Source: Octopus sinensis
Taxonomy: Eukaryota
Length of the DNA: 64,000 nucleotides
NCBI RefSeq assembly: GCF_006345805.1
Contig: NC_043000.1
Coordinates: 152,024,001 to 152,088,000 of the forward strand
Reading direction: 5' to 3'
A program made the translations under genes and the position numbers. The notes beneath the pieces were generated by a model. It was not told the DNA's origin. It saw nothing but the letters and a program-made list of their open reading frames with translations, and searched no databases. Shown piece after piece: positions 12,466-25,182 of the stretch (the stretch's first letter is position 1; every line of letters begins with the position of its first letter).

Positions 12466-12884
12466 TAGTAATAATGCTGGCACTCATGGCCAAGAGTTTA
12501 GGGTTAAATATCTGTAGGAAATTTTATTTCTTGATGATCTAAGTTTCATTACAGAATCTATAAAAGAATATCTACAGAAAAGGTTTAAAAGTTGATCAGT
12601 GCTATCTTCAAAATTGTTAATCAATTGGAAGCAAGTCAGAAGGAACTTAATGCTGTTTATCTAGTGCAGTGGTTCCTAAACTTTTTTCTACTCATGGCAC
12701 ACCTTTCAAGAAGTCAAAATATTTTGGCTTTCTTTGTACATAAATTCTAAAATTTATTCAGATGGGGTTTTATATATATTAACTAAGTATAAACTATAAA
12801 GTAATATATAGATAATTAAAAATACAGAAAATTTGCATGTACTTACTCTTTATTCAATATATGAAGTGAAGTTATCAATAAGAA

Positions 12885-13048
12885 ACATGCGCTTGACAGT
12901 TTTGGGAAATATTTTCAATATTAGGGCATATTTCAGAAAGACAAACCCTCATTTCTTCTTTGATGCAACAGAGCCTCTCTCATGTTTTGGATTTGATGTT
13001 ATTGAAGGCTGAAAATCCCAACTCATATAAATACGATGTGGAAAACTG

Positions 13049-13081
<33 letters not shown>

Positions 13082-15132
13082 TTAACGTCCGCTTTCCATG
13101 CTGGCATGGGTTGGACGGTTCGACTGGGGTCTGGGAAGCCAGAAGGCTGCACCAGGCCCAGTCTGATCTGGCAGTGTTTCTACAGCTGGATGCCCTTCCT
13201 AATGCCAACCACTCCATGAGTGTAGTGGGTGCTTTTTTCATGCCACCGGCACAGGTGCCAGACGAGGCTGGCAAACGGCCACGATCGGATGGTGCTTTTT
13301 ACGCGCCACCAGCATGGGGACCAGACGAGGCTGGCAACGGCCATGGTCGGATGGTGCTTTTTACGTACCACAGGCACGGAGGCCAGTCGGGCGGCGCTGG
13401 CTACGGCCACGTTTGGATGGTTCTCTTACGTGCCACCGGCACTGGTATCACAGCTACAAATTCCATTGATGTTGATAGATTATGATTTTGATAAAGCTTT
13501 TTTTGCTACTGAGGAGTTTTCTTCCATAACAGCAATTCAAAATGTATCAGTAGTTAACTCACCATTCTTGATCATTGGATATAGATGCCAATTCCTCTTC
13601 TTCACATATTTTCAGACCAATATTAGAATGGAATTTTTATGAAAAGATTTAAAACTCAATCATACTCTTCTGTGTTCAATGACAAAAAAGAAAAATTTTT
13701 TTTTTCTTCCAGATTTGTCAGATGTTCAAATGCAATAGGAGTCATTTCTTTTATGCATTAAGGGAAACATTTTGAAGTTATCACTTTCAGCTCTATTATT
13801 CCAAATTATAACTTTATTTTTATATGAAACCAGCTTGTTTGTTGAAGTGAGAATGTTTTTATCTCTACCTTGTATACTTGTGTTGACGCTATTAAGTTGT
13901 GCAAATATCTCTGTTAAATATTCCAGCTTGGAAATCCAAAATTCACTTTGTAGATATTCCAAGAAGCCTTCATGTTTTTCTTCTTTAAAAAATGCATGCA
14001 ATTCCTTCTGGAATTCATGTATGCAACGTAGCACCTTACATTTTGAGAGCCATCTGACTTTTGTGTGTAAAAGTAAGCGCTTGTGCTGGGAGTCCATATC
14101 AATACAAATTTGTTCAAATAAGCAACATTTCAATGGACTACTTTTAATATGATTAACCATTTCAACAACTTGGTTTAATAATTGCTTTAACTCAACTGGT
14201 ATTGTTTTTGAAACTAGTACCTCCCTATGTAGGAAGCAATGAATACATATAACATTAGGATTTTGCTGTTGTACAAGGGATACAAAACCTTTAATAGAGC
14301 CTACCATAGATGGTGCTCTATCAGTATATATCCCAATGTAGAATTCCAGGATAAATTCAATTTTTCAAGGTTGGCAGATAAAATGATAAAAATACCTTTT
14401 GTAGTGAGTGGCATTTCTTCACAAAAAGAGAACTGATTTATGATTTGTTTACCATCAATAAAGTGAATAAATGTAAGTAATTGTGCTTTGTTGCTAATAT
14501 CAGTTGATTTGTCAACCTGTAGAGCAAATTCTGAGTTCTGAAGTTTGTTCTCTACATTTTCCTCTATATCGGGAGATAAATCCATAATTCTCCTATGGAT
14601 TGTATTATTTGAGAGCAGACTCTTGCTTATTTCTTGCTTGGCTTCATCACCTACCATGGTTTTAACCATCTTTCTACAAGCAGGTAAAATAATTGACTTG
14701 GCTAAAGTATGCAATTTCGTTTGTAGTGCAATAATTTTGTCTATCTCAATAAACTCGACTTGAGCCTTTTCAGATGCATTCATCCTTTTTCCAAGATAGT
14801 TTCTTTGTTTAGATTGCTGTTCTAGTAGTCTTTGAAAATAATTCAGATCTTTACATTGAAGATGCGAATGTTTAGTTGTAAAATGTCTTTTCAATTTGCT
14901 GGGCAACATTCCTTTATTAGACATCTTTTCACCACAAACAACATACAGTAGAAGAGGTTGATCTTCATTGCCAGTCCAATGAAACCCCAACTTTAAATAG
15001 CTATTGCAATATTAACGATTGGGTTGAACTTTTGCATTATTATAACTACGCTTAGTTGCTTTTAACGAACAAACGTTCACTTTCAGATTCATAATTGTCA
15101 TGGTTATGTTTCCTCTTAATAAATTTTTCTAT
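12885..15132 (-). pseudogene. hAT transposase pseudogene (ZBED5/ZBED8/FAM200-like)
   Basis: BED-finger remnant (VVCGEKMSNKGMLPSKLKRHFTTKH), FALQVDKSTDISNKAQLL, IHCFLHRE, HTKVRWLS, and C-terminal FSTSYLYELGFS dimerisation motif. Contains frameshifts, stops and a SINE inserted at about 13050-13490. Ends approximate. Confidence 0.9.
13049..13492 (-). mobile_element. SINE-like family 3, interrupting the hAT transposase
   Basis: (CAT)n followed by the family body. Transposase coding sequence resumes on both sides. Confidence 0.85.
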
Positions 15133-15152
15133 TTTATGGGTAATTTAGTCTG

Positions 15153-15380
15153 TTAACCCTTTCATTACTGTATTTCTATTGAGATGTTCTGTGTTTCTTT
15201 CAATCATTTTAAATATAACAAAGAATTTAGTAAAATAACTTAGTCATCTTTAAGCTAGTGTTAGAATCATAAATTGTGACTAAGGTTTGGGGGAAGATTT
15301 TAATTCAAAACTTATGAAAACAAGATATTTTACCACAGAGCCAGAGCTGGTTTTGACCGGGTTAGTAACAAAAGAGTTAA
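15153..15380 (+). mobile_element. piggyBac-type MITE, family A (nested in the hAT element)
   Basis: TTAA-CCCTTT...AAAGAG-TTAA. Body homologous to the copies at 31801 and 39505. Confidence 0.8.
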
Positions 15381-15696
15381 TATGAATTGTCTCAGACAAA
15401 GAGCACAGATTACTAACAGAATCAAACTGAGACTGAGACAAGTGACCAGGGAGCTGTGAAAAGTGGCAGTGTCATATATTATCGGACTCTTTTGAGAAGT
15501 CTTTCAAAATTAATTGAAAAGATGAAAATTCTTGCCACTATATAAATGAAAAAAATTGAAACACAGCCCCAATGCATGAGGACATATTAAAAGATTTAGT
15601 TCAATGTCATGTATTAATGATGTTCAATAGTTTATTTTTCATATTTATTATTGAAATGAAAACTGCTGAAGCTACAACTGAAATAAACTGAAACAT

Positions 15697-15955
15697 ATGT
15701 GCCACCTGTGCAAGTGGCACATAAAAAGCACCATTTGAGCATGGCCATTGCCAGTACCGCCTGACTGGCCCTCGTGCCGGTGGCATGTAAAAGCACCCAC
15801 TACACTCTCGGAGTGGTTGGCGTCAGGAAGGGCATCCAGCTGTAGAAACTCTGCCAGATCAGATTGGAGTCTGGTGCAGCCATCTGGTTCGCCAGACCTC
15901 AGTCAAATCGTCCAACCCATGCTAGCATGGAAAGCGGACGTTACACGATGATGAT
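15697..15955 (+). mobile_element. SINE-like family 3, nested in the hAT element
   Basis: Family core and 3' end. Confidence 0.82.
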
Positions 15956-16121
15956 AGTGGTGTACCAATTTCTAGGATAGTTTGATGCTAATTTAGTTCT
16001 TATCCTTATGAAATTTCAAATTCAAAATTGAATAACATTGTCATACCATAATTAGCCTAAATAAATTGAATGACACAACCACCTCTCATTCTTAGTTTAG
16101 TTTAGTATTTATTTTTTTGGT

Positions 16122-16510
16122 GGAGGCGCAATGGCCCAGTGGTTAGGGCAGCGGACTCGCGGTCATAGGATCGCGGTTTCGATTCCCAGACTGGGCATTG
16201 TGAGTGTTTATTGAGCAAAAACACCTAAAAGCTCCACGAGGCTCCGACAGGGGATGGTGGTGATCCCTGCTGTACTCTTTCACCACAACTTTCTCTCACT
16301 CTTACTTCCTGTTTCTGTTGTACCTGTATTTCAAGGGGCTGGCCTTGTCAATCTCTGTGTCACGCTGAATATCCCCGAGAACTACGTTAAGAGTACACGT
16401 GTCTGTGAAGTGCTCAGCCACTTACACGTTAATTTCACGAGCAGGCTGTTCTGTTGATTCGGATCAACTGGAACCCTCATCGTCGTAACCGACGAAGTGC
16501 TTCCCTCCAT
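16122..16510 (+). mobile_element. tRNA(Arg)-derived SINE (family 1), nested in the hAT element
   Basis: Full-length match to 1023-1413. Confidence 0.88.
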
Positions 16511-16809
16511 TTAGTTTTTTGACACTTTGACATTTATATATGAACTTTTTAGTGCATTTCAGTGTGTATTTTTCATATTTTGAAATATAATCTTACTTTT
16601 TCGAGGTGCACCTAATTACATCTTGCGGTGCACGGTTTGGGAACCACTGATCTAGTGTATGCAATGTCAGACTGACAATTGACCAGTTTAGTTCAGTTTC
16701 TTCTGATGCACTGGACACAGCTAATGGAATGGGACCCATGGACTATTTAAATAATTAATTGGAAATAGATCATTTCTTCTACTCAAATGCTGTATCTAGT
16801 GATACATCA

Positions 16810-17330
16810 TCTGGGGTAGAAAGGGCTCCTTAGCCGTAGTGAAGGCAATCTATCTAGGGAGATAACCTTACAATAAATCACTCGGTCCGTAGCTTAGAAA
16901 TACTGGGCTGACGTCCAGCGGGAACAGCTTTGTTTCATGGAGGAGGAAAGATCTTCTTTAGTACTTGGTTGTACAATGCTTTCCAATGTGTGTAGTAGTG
17001 GCGCGCGCACACATTATTAGCCATTTGAAAAGACTATGAAAGTCTCGATCACGGTCGAACAATGATGAGGATGCTTCTAGTGAAAGTACTCTGGGTAAGA
17101 CTGAAGGGAAAGAAGCGTAATTTATGATGCTATATGATAGTAAAACATGGGCAATGAGCCTGCAAGATTTGCTGTAAGTGGAGTGGAATGAACTTAGTAC
17201 AATCTCGGGGCCATAGAATATTAATTCATAAGAAAGGCTGAGCACAGGTGAGTTTAGAAGGGTAGCTAGGTACCTAAGACAATGGTCAATTAATGCAGGA
17301 AGAGCAATTATGTTTCTTTGAACATATATG
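16810..17330 (+). mobile_element. Decayed RTE LINE fragments
   Basis: MLYDSKTWAMSLQDLL*VEWNELS resembles the RTE motif MLHGSETWA...RLERNE. The upstream ggctccttagcc...ggcaa..ctagg segment resembles an RTE 5' UTR. Confidence 0.5.
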
Positions 17331-17481
17331 TAAATAATGGAGTGGCTGCGTGGTAAGAAGCTTGCTTCCCAACTACATGGTTCCAGGTTCAGTCCCACTG
17401 CATGGCACCTTCTACTAAAGCCTCAGGCCAATCAAAGCCTTGTGAGTGGATTTGGTAGATGGAAACTGAAAGAAACCCACC

Positions 17482-17530
<49 letters not shown>

Positions 17531-18261
17531 TATGTATGTATTTATATAATTTAGAGAAAAACCTCTATTAAACAATTCAATAAAGAAAGATGTTATTCAC
17601 ATCATATAGAAAACATGTACTATAAAAAAAAACTTATTCTAAAAATCAATAAAGTACAATAAATAGTAAATAGTAGTAAAAAGACTACGCACGTTACATG
17701 GCTATATTTTCAAATAGATAATAATAAAATCCGATTTCAAATTAAATCAAACTATATATATATACAACTAGCAATTTGGGGGAAGTCAGTTGCATCGCCC
17801 CCCTCCCTCCCGCCTACTCAACTGATTCGTATTTTATCATCCCCAAAAGGATGAAAGGCAAAGTCCACTTCAGTGGAATTTGAACTCAGAATGTAAAGAC
17901 AGATGAACTTCTGCTAAGCATTTTGCCTGGCATGCTAACAGTTATACTAGCTTGCCACCTTCCTGAGAGGAATTATTGGGATTAATGTATCTAGGAGGGG
18001 ATTATGTAAGACTAAGATGAATAAGCAGATGATATATTACAAACACATTAACTCTTACTACAGCAGTAAGAGGACTAAAATCCTGATACTAACCACTCAT
18101 AAAATGGAAGAAATTAGTTTACCTTGAAGAAGAGGAGAGTTTGAGATTTTAAAACATGAGATCTTTCTTCTTCCTCATAGTAAACTAATCTGTTCTATTT
18201 TGTAAACTGTATTTACTTCTTAGGAAGTGTTTTAATTACATGTAACTAGTTATCTTATATT

Positions 18262-18668
18262 CATCATCATCATCGTTTAACGTCCGCTTTCCATGCTAGC
18301 ATGGGTTGGACGGTTCAACTGAGGTCTGGGAAGCCAGGAGGCTGCACCAGGCCCAGTCTGATCTGGCAGTGTTTCTACAGCTGGATGCCCTTCCTAACGC
18401 CAACCACTCCATGAGTGTAGTGGGTGCTTTTTATGTGCCACCGACACAGGTGCCAGACGAGGCTGGCAAACGGCCACAATCGGATGGTGCTTTTTACGTG
18501 CCACCGACACAGGTGCCAGACAAGGCTGGCGAGCGGCCACGCTCGGATGGTGCTTTTTATGTGCCACCGACACAGGCGAACGGCCACGCTCGGATGGTGT
18601 TTTTTATGTGCCACCGACACAGGTGCCAGACGAGGCTGGCGAACCGCCACGCTCGGATGGTGTTTTTT
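18262..18668 (-). mobile_element. SINE-like family 3
   Basis: Family core with several tandem units of about 59 bp. Confidence 0.85.
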
Positions 18669-19026
18669 TTATTAAATCTTACATTTGTTTCAGTTAGAAC
18701 TATTATTCTGTTATTAAAATGTTTAAATGCTTTTGTTATGTTTACTCTTTAAAGTATCCAAAAGATAGGTTGGACCTCAAATATTGTTAGATCTAAATTT
18801 ATTTCACAAGTTTGCTTTTACATGTTCTGTTTACTGGTTTATTCAGTATCATCAAATTTACGCCTATCACTTGGTAAGGCAAATGCAGTGTTAGAAGTCG
18901 GGGGTTTTGCTAATATACATTGCTTCGTGGCTAGCAGTTTGTTGTTGAATAAAATCTCTAGAATGTTGCTTCAGTCAATATCATAATGATGAAATGTTAC
19001 AATCCTTGTTATTTATTTTCTTTCAG

Positions 19027-19167
19027 GAGTGCTATGAAAGATTATAGCCATTCACTTCAACAAGAATTACTTTTTTTGATGTCACGTCAACAAATGATGC
19101 CACTGTCTTCAGCTATGGAACCTATTTCAACCCAGAAAGAACATTGTTCAGAATTGGATAATGACCC
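19027..19167 (+). CDS. RUNDC3B: RUNDC3-family exon
   Basis: Acceptor ttttctttcag, donor gtgaga. Encodes SAMKDYSHSLQQELLFLMSRQQMMPLSSAMEPISTQKEHCSELDND(P). Phase 2-2, in frame with both flanking exons. No recognisable homology, so support comes from splice sites and phase. Confidence 0.75.
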
Positions 19168-19316
19168 GTGAGAAAAAAAAAAAAACTTTGATTTCTTATT
19201 CTTCTCTTTTCCTCATTAATTAATCTGTAGCTTTATTTAGTTATGTATTTATATATATTTTTTTTCATCTTCAGTTTTATGTTAAGCTTCACAATCTCTG
19301 ACAATTTCTCTTTGTA

Positions 19317-19365
<49 letters not shown>

Positions 19366-19405
19366 ATAAATCCACATATACATATAACATTGCCTATGCT
19401 GCATC

Positions 19406-19634
19406 TTAACCCTTTAGTGTTCACATTATTCTGCTAAAATTAATGCTTTTTCATCCACTTTGTTTTGAACTAATCATTCATTATCTTGTAGCTATGAGAT
19501 TTTGATGAGGTAGCTGTTAATTTTTAAAACGATATTGTAGGGTTGGTGTAAGAGACCAGATATGGCCAGTTTGAACATAAAACAAGCAGAATACTTTTGG
19601 CCGAATATGGCCGGTTTAAATGCTAAAGGGTTAA
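19406..19634 (+). mobile_element. piggyBac-type MITE, family B
   Basis: TTAA-CCCTTTAGTGTT...AATGCTAAAGGG-TTAA. Confidence 0.8.
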
Positions 19635-20790
19635 AGACTAGGCTTCTTCTTCAGGGTTAGAAAATATTTCATCTCTGATCATTTGCTCAAACACAATCCC
19701 CATTGGAGTATTAACTTTATGTCTGTGACATTGCCAACTGTTACATGGGCAATTATCCTGAAACACATTCAGCTGATTGGCAAAGATTAACTTACCAATA
19801 TCCTACAAACTGCATCACAAAAAACATTTTTTAATACTATTACTACTACATTCTCTTTTCCTTTCAACTAACAAAGCCACATATCACCTTTGCCCCAAGC
19901 TACCTGATAAACTCACCTCTGCCTCTTTTGTCATTCCTAGTGTCTCACTCATCAATTCTCATATTAAACACTTTAGTCAATCATTCTTCTATAGAGCTCA
20001 ATCTTCTGGAATTTCTTTCCTGTCTGAGTTTCCTGTGCAAGCATCAATTTTTACAAGTTCAAACATATCAACTGCACTTCATTCTTGTTAATCTGAAAGA
20101 ACCTGCAAAGGTGATTGACACTGCTCTTCTTCTTGGATTGACTAATAAAAACCTTACAGTTGTTATCAGTTGTACATTTAATAATTTACATAAAAGACCT
20201 GCCAAATACATGATTATGCATTTGCCTAATACATATATTCTATGAATGGATATTTAGTCAAATTATCGCATTCACATATCAGCTAATTATGCACACTCCT
20301 TTATCTAGGTGAGCCACACAACAGGTTTTCAGGCAGATTATTAGATTTCTGATGAAAGAACTCCTGTTTCATATCCACTTACCAGCTGTGTCTATGGACA
20401 TAGCTTTTCACCTACAAAAAATTAAGTTATTTGCATACTATTATGTGGTCGGTGCAGTTAAAAATTGGCAATAGCAATGTTGAATAATTAATAATTGTTT
20501 CATTAGCTTATATCATTTAGTTCAGATCCAACAGAAAATACTTGTAGAAAGCTTGTTTTAGCCACATTAAGTGGAAACAAAGTCTTCTTGAAGTACCTCT
20601 GCCATATAATGAACCAAGTGGGTTAAGGATTACATATTCACTGACTTTGATGTTAATATTTGATATCATATTACCTTAACATATCAATAAGTATGCCCTG
20701 TGTGTGTGTATGTAAGTTACCCTTACATTAGTCACATAGGTTTTGTGTTCAAGTAAAACTCAATTCAAGACATTTTAGAGTAGTCAAATG

Positions 20791-20834
<44 letters not shown>

Positions 20835-21303
20835 CCCCAGCCCATCCAAAGTGCCTTGGATCACAAGATGGCCTGCTGTGCCTACCTTGGATCGTAAGGC
20901 AACCTGCTGTGCTTGAGGAGACCTATTGAGTCAAGTACATCAACATCAAAATAGAAATCAAATGGAAATTGTAGTTGTGATACTTGTGCTGGTAGCACGT
21001 AAAAAGCACCATCCAAACGTGGCCGATGCCAGTGCCGCCTTGACTGGCTTCTGTGCCGGTGGCATGTAAAAAGCACCAACCGATCGTGGTCATTGCCAGC
21101 CACCCCTGGCACCTGTGCTGGTGGCACGTAAAAAGCACCCACTACATTCTCGGAGTGGTTGGTGTTAGGAAGGGTATCCAGCTGTAGAAACATTGCCAGA
21201 TCAGACTGGAACCTAGTGCAGCCTTCTGGCGTCCCAGACTCCGGTCGAACTGTCCAACCCATGCTAGCATGAAAAACGGACATTAAACGATGATGATGAT
21301 GAT
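20835..21303 (+). mobile_element. SINE-like family 3
   Basis: Copy with an extended 5' part and (GAT)n tail. Confidence 0.82.
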
Positions 21304-21749
21304 ATATATATTTCAAAGTTTCAAATGTGAAAGTGTTGCTGGGTCAAGTTGTCTATATTACATTATGCGGCTACAGCAAGGCATTAAGTACATTTGAAGT
21401 CGTTCTTATTACATTGATTTACGTCGTCAAATAATGTACTAACTTGTTTATTAAAATATTGAAACTATTTCACATTTGAGCTCTAAATATATTATAGTTT
21501 CTTTTGTATTTTCCGTTAAGATTTAGTGATATTATCTTTCTATTTATAGCCTTTTATAATATCTCTTAATTCACACGTATTAAATGTGTTGAACATATTT
21601 CAAACTCCAGAACAAATTTTGTGCCTTAACTATTCATATTCTGATTTATTTTATTATAGTTCTGATATTTTTTTTCAATCTGCCTTTGTTTTTACAATAA
21701 TTAGTATAGATGTAACCATGTGATTAAGAAGTTCAGTTTCCAATCACAT

Positions 21750-22284
21750 TCGATGACTGGCATCCATACTAGCGGGGTGCAAAGAGCACCATATGAGCGT
21801 GATCGTTGACAGAGCGGCTAACCGGCTTCCGTGCCAGTGGCACATAAAAAGCACCATTCGAGTGTGATCATTACCAGCGTCGCCTTACTGGCACTTCTGC
21901 CTGTGCTAGTAGGGTGCCAAGAGCACCATCTGAGCGTGATCGTTGCCAGTGCAGCCAACTGGCTTCCATGCTGGTGGCACGTAAAAGGGCACCATTCAAG
22001 CGTGATCGTTACCAACGTCGCCTTACTGGCACCTGTGCTGGTGGCATTTTAAAAAAGATTCGAGTGAGGTCATTGCAAGTACCGCCTGACTGGCCCCCGT
22101 GCCAGTGGCACGTAAAAAGCACCCACTACACTCTCGGAGTGGTTGGCATTAGGAAGGGCATCCACCTGTAGAAACTCTACCAAATAAAGATTGGAGCCTG
22201 GTGCAGCCGTCTGGTTCGCCAGCCCTCAGTCAAAATCGTCCAACCCATGCTAGTATTGAAAGCAGACGTTAAACGATGATGATG
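21750..22284 (+). mobile_element. SINE-like family 3 (subfamily with gagcgtgatcgtt units)
   Basis: Tandem units, core and (GAT)n tail. Similar to 63301-63722 and 52449-52870. Confidence 0.83.
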
Positions 22285-24780
22285 GTTCCAGATTTGATCT
22301 CGCTATGCTGTATGTTGTGCCAATGTCCTCTAATATAGTCTCAAGGGTAACTCAAATTGTGTAAGTGAAATTGGCAAATATTAACTGTGAGGAAACCTAT
22401 TGAATAGATTATACCTGTTTTTGACTGATAGACTTAATATGTCACTCAGCTTAACACCACCACATGGCCCTGGATTCCACTCAAATGCAATCATTTTTCT
22501 GGTCTGAAGATAAATTCAGTATCTCCATATGTGCTGCTTCTTATAGCAGTAATCCATAAATCATTGTTTCTTCCCCTCTCATTCTCCCCCACACTCCCTC
22601 AAGGCCCCTCTAAAGGTCATTGCTACTGCCTTTCTACCTATAACAAAACCTTCAAAAAAAAAAAAAACCCAACAATTTTTCTCTTATTCTTGCTAATATT
22701 ATGTTTATGCTGGTTGTTTTATGTCAGCTCAAGGAGCATTGTCATCATAGGAGTTTTGTTTTGTATTTGTTTCTATGCTTTCATACTGTTTTGAAGTGAT
22801 ATGACATCAGTGTACTTAACTGCCATTTATAAGCGTGACCTTGATGATACATGTACAGTGTCAGCTTAGTCTTTCTTTAAATGGAAAAGGCTCACAATGT
22901 ATATGTCCATAAAGTTCCCACAGCTGTTGTTGCATGCCTTGTCCTTGTTGTTTCCACCTTCATATTGAAACTCTGAAACCTTTGATTTTACAAACTCTGT
23001 CAGCCTTTTTTTTCCTTTGTTCTTATTCTTACGAAGGTATAATATGGAGGTGTACTTAAACTATTCTTATTTCTATGTAAAACGATTGCTTAAGTCTTGC
23101 CAGTCAGCACTTACTCTATGGAGTCTTCATTAACAGCTGCTTTATGGGCAATTTGAATAAAATGGAGCATGTATTAAATATTTTAAGACATATTTCTGTT
23201 AACATAATTGATAACAAAGAAGTTATCAGCAGAGTCTGTATCATTTTAGGAAGCTTATGGCCAGAATAGATTCATAGATAGTTTCTAAGTTGCTGTAGAA
23301 CCTTCTCATGTTACAAACATCAGCTGATTGTGTATTTCCTTGAGATGTCTCACATACTTCTGCACTAGATCTTTATTGCACACATTGTAGCTCTGAAGGG
23401 CTATGTCATCATAAATTTATGTTGTCGATCTAGTCCCTGAATACTGAATACTGTCCATCTCATTGCCATCAAATCCATCTTTATGCTAACATTTAGTAAA
23501 CTCCAGAAGTTGTGAGAAAAATGTCTACAGCTAGCACTGTGAAAGATCTGTGTATTCTTAACATCATCTCCAAACCATGTACAGATCTGTTTCTTGCACG
23601 AATGAGAAAACACGACAGATGTAGAAATTGTACTGACATTTAACTTCTAAGGTATCATGTTGCATTGGAGTTTTCCTTTTGATAGGAGCCCCGGGGCTTG
23701 TTTCTTACACATCAGCTTCTTTCATGGTACACAGCAAAGTATAAGCATGGGAGTGTGTGTTTGTCATTTCTGTGGTATCTGAGTTGAACTTTGACAGTCT
23801 ATCATATGCCTCTTGTTGCATCTTAGCTGCTTCTAAAAGTTTTTATTTATAAGCTATTCTGGAAGATAACATTAGAAATGATGAGACAGAACCTCCTAAA
23901 GAGAAATAATAAGAGAAGCTCATTGTTGGTAATATTTCAAAATTTGTATACTTTAAGTTATCTAGCTACAAAAAATAGCTAAGTCAGACCACTGTTATTT
24001 AGTCACTCAGTGGAAATATTTTTTTATTCTTAGGTGAGATCCTGTGTAGTGCAAGAGGGGAAAAAATATTTCCTATTTGTGGAACATATGATCATCTTAT
24101 TGTAGTAACCTATATACTTTAAATATATGGTGTTCAAATACATAGAAACATTAATTAGTTGCTCAGGTGATCAGAAACAGATTCCAGATTCCCTGCATTG
24201 ATACTCCATAAGGGAAAGCTAATATCAGAAAAGAGAATCCTCTCTGGTAGCTGCATTTTTCCAATTTATGTATAATGAATATCATCTCATCAAAAGTAGC
24301 TTTGTTCATAAAAGAAGATTCTTGAGGTCATTCGACATTGTTGTTTGAACCCAGGAAATGCAGGTGTGACATGGTACCACCGTTATTTCATATGAGTCAG
24401 ATACATGTCTGTGTGTGTATGGAGGGGAGAAAATCAGGTGTTGTGTTGGCGAATCTCAGAAAGCATGGCAGTTTTGAAGGATGTAGTGCTCCGACAACTA
24501 ACAACTGATGCCGGCAGTTTGTTATTTCTGACATTTTAGTTATATTTATTCATTGATGATCAGTCTTCTTCAGCTTAAATATGATGTATAATGAATGCCT
24601 TCATATGTTTCTTAAAACAGGGATGCAACATTCTAGAGCCAACAAAGACTTTAGTTATCTTAGAGAAAAGAATGGTGTAGTAGTGCCTAGGTTAGTCAAA
24701 TGAAGGACATTATTGCTTGGTAGTAGAAGAATCTACTCAGTCTAACACAATTAGATTAGCTTTAAAAATGAGAAAAGTAG

Positions 24781-25182
24781 GGAGGAGTGGCTGTGTGGTA
24801 AGTAGCTTGTTTACCAACCACATGGTTCCGGGTTCAGTCCCACTGTGTGGCATCTTGGGCAAGTGTCTTCTACTATAGCCTCGGGCCGACCAAAGCCCTG
24901 TGAGTGGATTTGGTAGACGGAAACTGAAAGAAACCCATCGTATATATTAATATATTATGAGTGTGTGTGTGTGTCTGTGTTTGTCCCCCTAGCATTGCTT
25001 GACAACCGATGCTGGTGTGTTTATGTCCCCGTTACTTAGCGGTTCGGCAAAAATGACCGATAGAATAAGTACTGGGCTTACAAAAGAATAAGTCCCGGTA
25101 TCGAGTTGCTCGATTAAAAAAGGCGGTGCTCCAGCATGGCCGCAGTCAAATGACTGAAACAAGTAAAAGAGAGAAAAAGAGT
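24781..25182 (+). mobile_element. SINE family 2
   Basis: Full-length copy. Confidence 0.88.

Larger units (their letters stand above)
12667..16649 (-). mobile_element. hAT-Charlie/Buster DNA transposon, full length, decayed
   Basis: TIRs CAGTGGTTCCTAAAC (12667) and GTTTGGGAACCACTG (ends 16649). Perfect 8-bp TSD ATCTAGTG at 12659-12666 and 16650-16657. Internal transposase on the minus strand. Confidence 0.93.

Noticed and set aside
14301-14990. Domesticated ZBED/FAM200-type host gene
   Set aside because: Frameshifts, stops, a SINE insertion, and intact TIRs and TSD show a dead transposon.
22760-23900. Coding-looking minus-strand stretch in the RUNDC3 intron
   Set aside because: The frames I translated contain stops and I found no identifiable motif. 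It is probably an old mobile-element relic that I cannot classify.
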